Both the position numbers and the translations under genes were made by a program. From the IMG/VR virus record IMGVR_UViG_3300033512_000217, positions 1-40,903 of that record: a stretch of DNA of 40,903 bases. One strand, written 5' to 3'. How positions within the stretch are numbered: the first letter of the stretch is position 1; each line of letters opens with the position of its first letter. Shown here one piece after another: positions 1 through 7,212 of the stretch. The stretch comes from a virus (lineage: Duplodnaviria > Caudoviricetes). The notes beneath the pieces are model-generated. The model saw only the letters and a list, made by a program, of their open reading frames with translations. It searched no databases and had not been told where the DNA came from.

Positions 1-45
1 ATAGTTGGACAAGAAACGTATGATTGGTTACAGGAGAATAAATAA

Positions 46-78
46 TTTTTAATTTCACATAAATTTCTGTTATACTAC
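46..78 (+). promoter_or_regulatory. Recurrent phage promoter motif (TTTAAT-N17-TATACT variant)
   Basis: TTTTTAATT at 46-54 and TTATACTAC at 70-78, with the same spacing as other intergenic copies in the window. Confidence 0.55.
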
Positions 79-95
79 TATTAGAGGAACATAAA

Positions 96-326
96 GTGAA
101 TCCAGATAATCGATATATACTAAATGAAGTTCTGAGAAGTATAAATCAAACAGCAGATAAGATACTTGACAATAGAGCACTGTGTAATAACTATATGAAA
201 GGAGAAGCACTACAAGAACTTATAAGAGTATCGTATACAGATTGTTATAAGAATATGAAGTATCCTGAGATAAGATTTTTATTGTTCGATAACGGATTTT
301 GCAAAATGGAGGTATTGGGAAAATGA
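96..326 (+). CDS. Hypothetical protein (76 aa)
   Basis: GTG start preceded by AGAGGA; lies downstream of the promoter motif; no recognisable domain. Confidence 0.6.
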   Translation: MNPDNRYILNEVLRSINQTADKILDNRALCNNYMKGEALQELIRVSYTDCYKNMKYPEIRFLLFDNGFCKMEVLGK

Positions 327-371
327 CACTGAGTGATTTATCAAAAGAACTTTATTCTTTTGGAAAAATAA

Positions 372-542
372 ATGAATAAACAAGAAGCAAAATACGTACG
401 ACAAGATTTAGTATGCTGTTGGAGTTGCTATTACTCATACGTCGGAAACTACAGTCCTATGTGCTGTACTAAATTGAATGAAGAGCATGAAGTACACACT
501 TTAGGTTTGTGTATGTATTATGAGAAGAAGATTTGCAATTAA
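372..542 (+). CDS. Small Cys-rich hypothetical protein (56 aa)
   Basis: Manual translation MNKQEAKYVRQDLVCCWSCYYS...CCTKLNEE...LGLCMYYEKKICN; fills the gap before recA. Confidence 0.5.
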   Translation: MNKQEAKYVRQDLVCCWSCYYSYVGNYSPMCCTKLNEEHEVHTLGLCMYYEKKICN

Positions 543-562
543 AAATTAAAGGAGAATAGATT

Positions 563-1738
563 ATGGATGTAAGTGAAAAGTTGAAGGTATTAAAAAATAC
601 CACCATTAAAGACCTTGAGAAAAAACAAGGTGTTGATTCTTATTACTTAGGTGAAAAGAAGATTCCAACTGTACCTCTCGTATGTAGTTCAGGCTCATTG
701 CGACTTGATGCGGCACTTGGTATTGGCGGATGGCCCGAAGGAAGAATCATTGAGATTGGTGGGCAAGAGAGTTCAGGTAAATCTACTCTCACATTGATTA
801 ACATTGCAGAAGTTCAGCGTAATGGAAAACTTTGTGCATACATTGATGTTGAGCAATCTTTTGACCCAAGTTGGGCTGAAAAAATTGGTGTTGATACAGA
901 GAAACTTCTTGTCACTCAGCCAGAAACTATGGAAGAAGCACTTGAACAACTTTACAGTATCATTGATTCTGGAGTTGTATCCCTTATCGTTGTTGATTCA
1001 ACAAACGCTATGCAACCTAAATCAATATTTGAAGGAGAAGAAGTAGGTAAAGCTACAATGGGACTTGGAGCACGAATTCTTAGCCAGGAGCTACCTAAAG
1101 TAAAATCAAAAGCATCGTCTAATAAATGTACTGTAATTTTTCTATCGCAGATTAGAGCGACGATGGACAAATACCACCCAGAGGCAGTTGGAATTGGTTT
1201 GGCAATGCGGTATTTTGCGTCAATCAGGATTAAAACTTCAAGAACTATGTCTGATGTAGAAAAAGATGACGCAGGTGAAATTGGGCAGTCTAAGATGATT
1301 ATGAAAATGAACGTCTTCAAGAATAAAGTAGCTGTTCCTTTTAAGAAAGCAGAATTTACTTTGTTCACTGGTGAAGATGGAAAATATGGTATTGATACTA
1401 ACACTGAGATTCTTGAATTTGCTGTTAAGTATGATATCATTGTTAAAGCAGGAGCTTGGTTCAAATTTGGTGAAGAACGTTTTCAAGGATTTGAAAAAGT
1501 AAAAGATTATCTTGCTGAGAATCCCGATGTATTTGAAACCATTCGTAAACAGGTAGTTGAGAAAACTCTTGGTGATGCTCAAAAAGAAATGAGTGCTAAA
1601 TCAAACTCATTCACTTCAGTTATCAACGAAATCGCTTCAGAAGAAAAGAAACCTAAGCGTAAAAAGAAAGATGTTGATGAAGGTAATTTTGAAGAAACAG
1701 CTATTGTGACTGAAGCTGAAATTGTGGAAAGAGAATAA
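563..1738 (+). CDS. recA: RecA recombinase
   Basis: SSGSLRLDAALGIGGWPEGRIIEIGGQESSGKST (Walker A), YIDVEQSFDP, IVVDS (Walker B), KNKVAVPFKKAEF, KAGAWF; acidic C-tail; AAGGAG RBS. Confidence 0.97.
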   Translation: MDVSEKLKVLKNTTIKDLEKKQGVDSYYLGEKKIPTVPLVCSSGSLRLDAALGIGGWPEGRIIEIGGQESSGKSTLTLINIAEVQRNGKLCAYIDVEQSFDPSWAEKIGVDTEKLLVTQPETMEEALEQLYSIIDSGVVSLIVVDSTNAMQPKSIFEGEEVGKATMGLGARILSQELPKVKSKASSNKCTVIFLSQIRATMDKYHPEAVGIGLAMRYFASIRIKTSRTMSDVEKDDAGEIGQSKMIMKMNVFKNKVAVPFKKAEFTLFTGEDGKYGIDTNTEILEFAVKYDIIVKAGAWFKFGEERFQGFEKVKDYLAENPDVFETIRKQVVEKTLGDAQKEMSAKSNSFTSVINEIASEEKKPKRKKKDVDEGNFEETAIVTEAEIVERE

Positions 1739-1740
1739 CT

Positions 1741-1908
1741 ATGGAAGAACAAAAAGTATACAATATTGAGTTAACAGAAACAGGCATGAGATTATTAAAA
1801 AGAATGTGTAAATGTTACTTGCAAAATAATGTCTTCACTATAGAGGAAAAAATGTTTATTGAGCATATAACTCAATGTAACATTCATGATGTTATAAATA
1901 TAAAATAA
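1741..1908 (+). CDS. Hypothetical protein (55 aa)
   Basis: Manual translation MEEQKVYNIELTETGMRLLKRMCKCYLQ...; starts 2 nt after the recA stop. Confidence 0.5.
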   Translation: MEEQKVYNIELTETGMRLLKRMCKCYLQNNVFTIEEKMFIEHITQCNIHDVINIK

Positions 1909-1920
1909 GGAGTTAATAAA

Positions 1921-2301
1921 ATGAAGAAAGTTCTATTGCTTGCAGTTCTGGTTTTTGGGTTTACAAGTGTGTATGCACAAACAGTTCAAACATCTGTTCC
2001 TTTTCTCTATCAAGGAACATACGATTCTTATTCATACTCACAAGATTATGGCAATACATGGGTGAGAGATGCATCACTTCATGCTGTTATTGATAGTAGT
2101 GGTTTGTCTGTTGGTGGTAGTACTATTAACTTTAACAGGATTGTAACTACTATTGACAAAGGTACTGAGTATGTTGTACTACGTGTGCCAAATGGTAATG
2201 TATGGGTTATCTGTTATATGGGTGATGAGTTTAACGCTTATCTTATTCAACAGATTGAAAGCGGTAAAGAGAAGTTTCGTGTGATTTGTAAGAAAAACTA
2301 A
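1921..2301 (+). CDS. Exported protein with Sec signal peptide
   Basis: MKKVLLLAVLVFGFTSVYA|Q: basic N-terminus, hydrophobic core, VYA cleavage site; AAGGAG RBS. Confidence 0.75.
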   Translation: MKKVLLLAVLVFGFTSVYAQTVQTSVPFLYQGTYDSYSYSQDYGNTWVRDASLHAVIDSSGLSVGGSTINFNRIVTTIDKGTEYVVLRVPNGNVWVICYMGDEFNAYLIQQIESGKEKFRVICKKN

Positions 2302-2315
2302 AAAGGAGTTTTATA

Positions 2316-2582
2316 ATGTTTAAATTTGAATTGGGTATTAAAGTAAAAGATCAAATCACTGGATTTTCAGGGGTTGTGACAGGCAGAGCAGAACACATCA
2401 CAGGTTGTAACACTTATGGAGTTATTCCTAAAGTAGGTAAGGATGGTAAAATTATTGAAGCTAACTGGTTCGATGAAAACAGGCTTGAAGTTATTGATAA
2501 AAAAATTCTTTTACTTGAAAAAACTTCCAAGAAAGATAAAGGTGCTTGTGGTAATCCACCTATTCGTACCGGTATTAAATAA
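2316..2582 (+). CDS. Conserved-looking small phage protein (SH3-like beta barrel)
   Basis: FKFELGxKVKDxITGFSGVVTGRAEHITGC...WFDENRL pattern typical of small phage proteins; AAGGAG RBS. Confidence 0.7.
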   Translation: MFKFELGIKVKDQITGFSGVVTGRAEHITGCNTYGVIPKVGKDGKIIEANWFDENRLEVIDKKILLLEKTSKKDKGACGNPPIRTGIK

Positions 2583-2602
2583 AAAATTAAAGGAGTTTTA
2601 TA

Positions 2603-2794
2603 ATGACTAAAGCTAAAGAGATTAAAGATGATGTTGAGTTGATTCTATGTGATGCGTGTGAAGGTATGGGTTTTTGGACACATCAATTTGCTTGGTGGAC
2701 AAAAGATAAGTATATTGAAGTATGCCCTATCTGTAAAGGTAGTGGTGCAAGAATCTATAATAATACAAAAGGTTATTTTGTAGTTTCTGAATAA
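2603..2794 (+). CDS. Small DnaJ-type zinc-finger protein
   Basis: Two CxxCxGxG motifs (CDACEGMG, CPICKGSG); RBS region aaaggagttttataATG identical to that of the preceding gene. Confidence 0.7.
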   Translation: MTKAKEIKDDVELILCDACEGMGFWTHQFAWWTKDKYIEVCPICKGSGARIYNNTKGYFVVSE

Positions 2795-2796
2795 AG

Positions 2797-2841
2797 TTTT
2801 TAATTCTACCTATATTCTTGTTATATTATATAGGTAGAATT
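2797..2841 (+). promoter_or_regulatory. TTTAAT-N17-TATATT promoter overlapped by a 13-bp inverted repeat, directly upstream of the tRNA
   Basis: TTTTTAATT 2797-2805, TTATATTAT 2821-2829; arms AATTCTACCTATA / TATAGGTAGAATT (2802-2841). Confidence 0.65.
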
Positions 2842-2847
2842 CTTTAA

Positions 2848-2920
2848 GCCTTTGTAGCTAAGAGGATATAGCAACGTCCTTCTAAGACGTGGGTCATAGG
2901 TTCGAATCCTATCAAAGGCA
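2848..2920 (+). tRNA. tRNA-Arg (anticodon UCU)
   Basis: Acceptor stem GCCTTTG/CAAAGGC, D arm GCTA/TAGC, anticodon stem ACGTC/GACGT with loop CT-TCT-AA (TCT at 2881-2883), T arm ATAGG-TTCGAAT-CCTAT; CCA not encoded. Confidence 0.95.
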
Positions 2921-2940
2921 AAGATTACAAGGAGAAACAA

Positions 2941-3084
2941 ATGCAAGCGTATAAACGTCATTTCAACTATAAGAGAATAGTTCATCAAGAAAGTGTTGAT
3001 TATACTAACACTATAATACGATGGTTAATCCTGTGTGTATTGACATATTGGATTGCAATATTTGTTGGCGTAAGTTTTATTTAA
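2941..3084 (+). CDS. Small membrane protein (47 aa)
   Basis: AAGGAG RBS; MQAYKRHF... followed by one C-terminal hydrophobic segment WLILCVLTYWIAIFVGVSFI. Confidence 0.6.
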   Translation: MQAYKRHFNYKRIVHQESVDYTNTIIRWLILCVLTYWIAIFVGVSFI

Positions 3085-3096
3085 GGAGAAACTATT

Positions 3097-5265
3097 TTGA
3101 AAATTAAATCACTTCATGTTAAGAATTTTAAGAACATAAAAGATGTTACTCTTACAACAGAGAATAGAGTTGTCGTTATTGTGGGAGATACAGGTTCAGG
3201 CAAAAGTTCCATCCTCTCGGCACTCGGATATTTATTGACTGATTCTCTCGATGACAAAATATCTGAGTATGTTCGTTGGGGTTGCAAGAAGTTTGAAATT
3301 GAATGTGAGTTCAATCATAATGGTGTCGATTATTGCATGGAGGTTGAAGGTGAAAAATCAGCTAAGAAAACTTTATACATTGGTGATGAAGTGTATAATA
3401 ATTCGGAAGCAACTAAAAAGCTTTCAGAAATAATTGATCCTACTATCACAAAGTATTCTGCTATATCGGAGCAAGGTAAAACTACTCAGTTGTTGTTTCA
3501 GAAACCTGCTGAACGTCTTAAAACTCTTAAAGAGATTTTGAAGATTGACTCTATAAATGATATTGTAGAGAACATGAAGGAAGATGCTAAGAAGATTAAA
3601 ACTGAAATAGAAGTGCTTGAGGGTGAAATCAAAACTCTTGAGAGTAGAACATTTTCATTTATGGATTTGCCTGAAGTACCGAACATTGATAATGTGTTGA
3701 AGGAAAAGATTGTGCTTGAAAAGCAAAAAGAAGAGTATGAAGCTAAGAAAAAAGCTTATGATGAGTATGTTTTATGGAAAGTCTTTTATGATGATACTGT
3801 TGCGAAAAAAGAATCATTGGAAGAACAGATTAAAAAAGAAAACGATGTTATTAAAAACATAGAAGAACCTAAACCTGAGTTTGTTTTTGATACTGAATTA
3901 TATGAGAAATTAAAAACAGATTACAATACTATTTTACGGCAAGAAGCTAAGTATGAATCAGCTAAACAAGCGTATGATGATTATGTTATAAAATGTAATA
4001 AGGTTAAGAAAGATATAGAGGATATTGATAAAAAGATTTCTGATATAAAACTTAGTCGTATAAAATCATTGATGTATACTGAAGAAGAATATAAAAAGAA
4101 TGATGAAGCTATTTCAGAATGTCGTAGTAATATTACTGTTCTTAAAGATAAGATTCGACTTGCTGAATTAGGTATGTGTCCGACTTGTGGTCAAGAATAT
4201 AACGTTAATGCTGAAACACTTAAAGGTGATTATGTAGTTTTGCAAGATGTTCTTAATAATCATATTGCTTTGAAACAAGAATTTGATCTTGATAAGAAAC
4301 GATATGAGAATGAACAGGCAGAATTAAGAGATAATAAAGCAAGAGTTGATGCTTATAAGCAGAAAAAAGAAATGCTTGAAACTTCACTTCATCCTGTTAT
4401 CAATGAGCCAGAAAAATTAGATAAATCGTCAGTTGATATTAAAATTACTCTTAATAAAATGGATGAAGACAAAATCAATTTACAAAAAATTATTGATTAT
4501 AACAAAGACTTACTGAATCAGAATAATCTATCAAAGCAAAAGGTAGCTTTACTTCAATTTCAAATTACTGAATTAAAGGTTGGTGATAAACCTGAAGAAG
4601 TTGCATCAGTAGAAAATGAATTTCCTTTGAAAGCAGAATTTAAAAAGTGTGAAGAATCTATTATACTATATAATGGAGCTAAAGCTGAATACGAACGTGT
4701 AGTTAAATTCAATGATGGTATCCGTAAAGAGAGAGATGAAAGTGCTGTAGTGATTCAAGCTAAGTTCGATAAGAAGTTTGAGCTACATCGTCAGTTTACT
4801 TTGTTGACATCATCTAAGGATATTTTGAATAATGATTTCAGTTCGTATATGGTGGATAAAGGGGCTGAGTTTCTTAAAACAAAGATGAATGATTTTTTCA
4901 GACGTACTTATGGTAAATATAACATTACCTTTCAGAAGGATAAAGGTAGTATTGATTTCTTTTTTCAAGATGGTGATAATAAAGAGACGCCGTGTTCAAT
5001 GTTGTCCGGCTACGAAAAAGACGTATGCGCTACAGCCAATAGAATTGCTTTAAGTAGTTTACAACATCTTGGATTTATGATCGTTGATGAGATAGACGCT
5101 CATGCAAGTGATTCTCGTTCAGTAGAGTTATTTGATTCTATTTTATCAGAAAAACAAATAGGACAGATTTTTGTTATTACACATAATGAAGCATCTAAAG
5201 AGTATTTTAGTAATTCACAAAACTGTAAAATAGTAGAAGTTACTAATGGAATGATTCTAAATTAA
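3097..5265 (+). CDS. SbcC/Rad50/gp46-type SMC-like ATPase
   Basis: N-terminal KNFK, Walker A GDTGSGKS, Q-loop SEQG, long coiled coil with CPTCG zinc hook, signature LSGYE, Walker B IVDE, H-loop ITH; TTG start with AAGGAG. Confidence 0.92.
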   Translation: MKIKSLHVKNFKNIKDVTLTTENRVVVIVGDTGSGKSSILSALGYLLTDSLDDKISEYVRWGCKKFEIECEFNHNGVDYCMEVEGEKSAKKTLYIGDEVYNNSEATKKLSEIIDPTITKYSAISEQGKTTQLLFQKPAERLKTLKEILKIDSINDIVENMKEDAKKIKTEIEVLEGEIKTLESRTFSFMDLPEVPNIDNVLKEKIVLEKQKEEYEAKKKAYDEYVLWKVFYDDTVAKKESLEEQIKKENDVIKNIEEPKPEFVFDTELYEKLKTDYNTILRQEAKYESAKQAYDDYVIKCNKVKKDIEDIDKKISDIKLSRIKSLMYTEEEYKKNDEAISECRSNITVLKDKIRLAELGMCPTCGQEYNVNAETLKGDYVVLQDVLNNHIALKQEFDLDKKRYENEQAELRDNKARVDAYKQKKEMLETSLHPVINEPEKLDKSSVDIKITLNKMDEDKINLQKIIDYNKDLLNQNNLSKQKVALLQFQITELKVGDKPEEVASVENEFPLKAEFKKCEESIILYNGAKAEYERVVKFNDGIRKERDESAVVIQAKFDKKFELHRQFTLLTSSKDILNNDFSSYMVDKGAEFLKTKMNDFFRRTYGKYNITFQKDKGSIDFFFQDGDNKETPCSMLSGYEKDVCATANRIALSSLQHLGFMIVDEIDAHASDSRSVELFDSILSEKQIGQIFVITHNEASKEYFSNSQNCKIVEVTNGMILN

Positions 5266-5277
5266 AAGGAGAAATAG

Positions 5278-6336
5278 ATGAAGATTAAACGAAGTGAACT
5301 GGAATTCTTGGAAATCTTTTCAATGTGCGTTGATAATAAAAACCCACTGAATGACAAATTCCAAGTAAAGTCAAACGGTACTGATGTGGTGTTTACTCAA
5401 ATGAGTAATGAAGCTACAATCATTAAGGCATTTGAATCTAAGGAAACTATCAATGTAATGTTTCCTACAAATCAATTTACACAATTGATTAAATCTTTTT
5501 CAGCAGATACTGAAATTGATATTACTGACAAGGGTGTTGTTGTAGGTGAATCTAAGTATGAATTTGAGAAGGTTGATTATGAGTTACCTTCTACTGAACA
5601 ATTGTATCAAAAAACTAAATCAGATGATTTTACTGAGTCATTCACTCTTTCTGATATTAAGAAAATGAACACGGTAAAGTTTTGTATGGGTCAAGAAGAT
5701 TTAGCAACTATTGCTCTTATGGAGAACTCTTTTGTAGCAAGTAATAAATCAGATATTACAGGTGTTATAAAGACAGCCAATACTTTTGATAAGGAATTTT
5801 ATTTCTCAAAAGGTATTATTTCTATACTACTTAAATATGGATTTGATTCTATTTCAGTAGACATAGAGGATGATTTTTATCACTTGTCGGTTAATGACGT
5901 AGATATGTTTGTAGCATTTAAAGAATTTTCACTACCTAATATTTTGAGTGAAGATTTTAAGACAATTTATGAGCATCCTTATGAATGTTCTGTAGTAAAG
6001 AAGGACATTCAAGAGATTCTTGGTCGTATTAAAGTGTTTGCCTCATCTACTGTTGAGAGGCGTATTCACGTTACCTTCAAAGATAAAGAAATGATAGTTG
6101 AATCGAAAGAAAAAGATTCTGGTTATGCTGTAGAGAAAATAAAAGCTACATATTCTGATGAGCTTGAAGGGCACCATATCATTCTTTCAGTAAGTTCTTT
6201 CTCTACACTAATAAGTTATCTTACAGGTAATACTGTAATGATTAGAGCGATCAATGAGAAAGATGCTAATGTAATTAAAATTTATGATGAAATTGGGGAT
6301 ATGTTTTTCATTCAGTGTTTGTATTCATATGAATAA
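5278..6336 (+). CDS. DNA sliding clamp, DnaN (beta)-like
   Basis: 352 aa acidic protein of beta-clamp length; C-terminal third (LPNIL...VVKKDIQEILGRIKVFAS...IHVTF...GYAVEKIKATY...IILSVSSFSTLI) follows the DnaN domain III pattern; replication context. Confidence 0.65.
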   Translation: MKIKRSELEFLEIFSMCVDNKNPLNDKFQVKSNGTDVVFTQMSNEATIIKAFESKETINVMFPTNQFTQLIKSFSADTEIDITDKGVVVGESKYEFEKVDYELPSTEQLYQKTKSDDFTESFTLSDIKKMNTVKFCMGQEDLATIALMENSFVASNKSDITGVIKTANTFDKEFYFSKGIISILLKYGFDSISVDIEDDFYHLSVNDVDMFVAFKEFSLPNILSEDFKTIYEHPYECSVVKKDIQEILGRIKVFASSTVERRIHVTFKDKEMIVESKEKDSGYAVEKIKATYSDELEGHHIILSVSSFSTLISYLTGNTVMIRAINEKDANVIKIYDEIGDMFFIQCLYSYE

Positions 6337-6351
6337 TATCAAGGAGGGGTT

Positions 6352-7161
6352 GTGGTTGAAGAAAGACGAAAAATAAATTCTTGGCTTGAAGATCCAGAAT
6401 TTCTAAAAAATGCAGAGTATCCTGATAAGTATTATTTGGAGAGTTTATGTTATCATATTTCTTCTTATTTGAAGAATACTCCAATACCGATTCTTACTAC
6501 TTTGGATAATAAATACAATAGGGTTTTCTTCTGCGTTGGTCAAGATATTAAAAAGTCTTTTCATATTGATAATCAAGTAAACCCTTATGACTTTGTTACA
6601 AAAGTAAAAGAATACATGAAGCAATATTATCCGAAGTATTCTGTTATAGAAGAAATTGAAGTCGAGCTTACAGAAGATGAGATTATTGCTAGGGTAAAGA
6701 ATGAGGGAATGGATCTGAATGATGCTATTAACTTTAGAGTAAAAACCGATTATCTTGAACATGGAATTATTGAAAAAGTATTCTTTGTTAAAGACGAGTT
6801 TATAATCAATGTTAATGACACCAAATCAATTCGTATGGCAGGTACTTCAAAGCGTCCTATGTCAGTCAGTTCTTTTCTTAAAGAATTAAAATTGATTGAG
6901 GATGATAAAGAACGTAAAAATTATATTTTTGGTAATAGCACCTTTATTAAAAATGTAGAAAAAGAACGTAATAGGATTGATGTGGCTTACGACGGGAAAA
7001 TGATGGTTTCATTTTGGAAAATAAACAAAAAGTTTATTAAAGAAGAACCAGTAAAAGTTGATGAGTTCAATTATACTTGGGGTAAGTTTAATGTGAAGTT
7101 CAATTCGGCACTTCTAAAATTAGATTGTATGGAACTTTTTAAGAAAGACGAAACAGAATAA
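6352..7161 (+). CDS. Hypothetical protein (269 aa)
   Basis: Long ORF, GTG start after AGGAGG; no motif recognised. Confidence 0.8.
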   Translation: MVEERRKINSWLEDPEFLKNAEYPDKYYLESLCYHISSYLKNTPIPILTTLDNKYNRVFFCVGQDIKKSFHIDNQVNPYDFVTKVKEYMKQYYPKYSVIEEIEVELTEDEIIARVKNEGMDLNDAINFRVKTDYLEHGIIEKVFFVKDEFIINVNDTKSIRMAGTSKRPMSVSSFLKELKLIEDDKERKNYIFGNSTFIKNVEKERNRIDVAYDGKMMVSFWKINKKFIKEEPVKVDEFNYTWGKFNVKFNSALLKLDCMELFKKDETE

Positions 7162-7167
7162 GATGAG

Positions 7168-7193
7168 AGTGACCTCTAATGGTAGGGGTCACT
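7168..7193 (+). terminator. Intergenic stem-loop (weak terminator or processing site)
   Basis: AGTGACCTCTA-ATGG-TAGGGGTCACT, 11-bp stem with one G-U pair; poor U-tract. Confidence 0.5.
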
Positions 7194-7212
7194 TGATTCA
7201 TAGGAGAAACAA

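Noticed and set aside
804-1046. Short same-strand overlapping ORFs (also 3251, 10574, 12813, 13790, 17328, 34691, 34925)
   Set aside because: 60-80 aa, no convincing RBS, no domain and off-frame composition, unlike the 214-aa nested nuclease at 8255
952-1464. 170-aa minus-strand ORF and the other minus-strand ORFs in the track
   Set aside because: All lie antisense to well-supported + strand genes and lack RBS or motifs; treated as shadow ORFs
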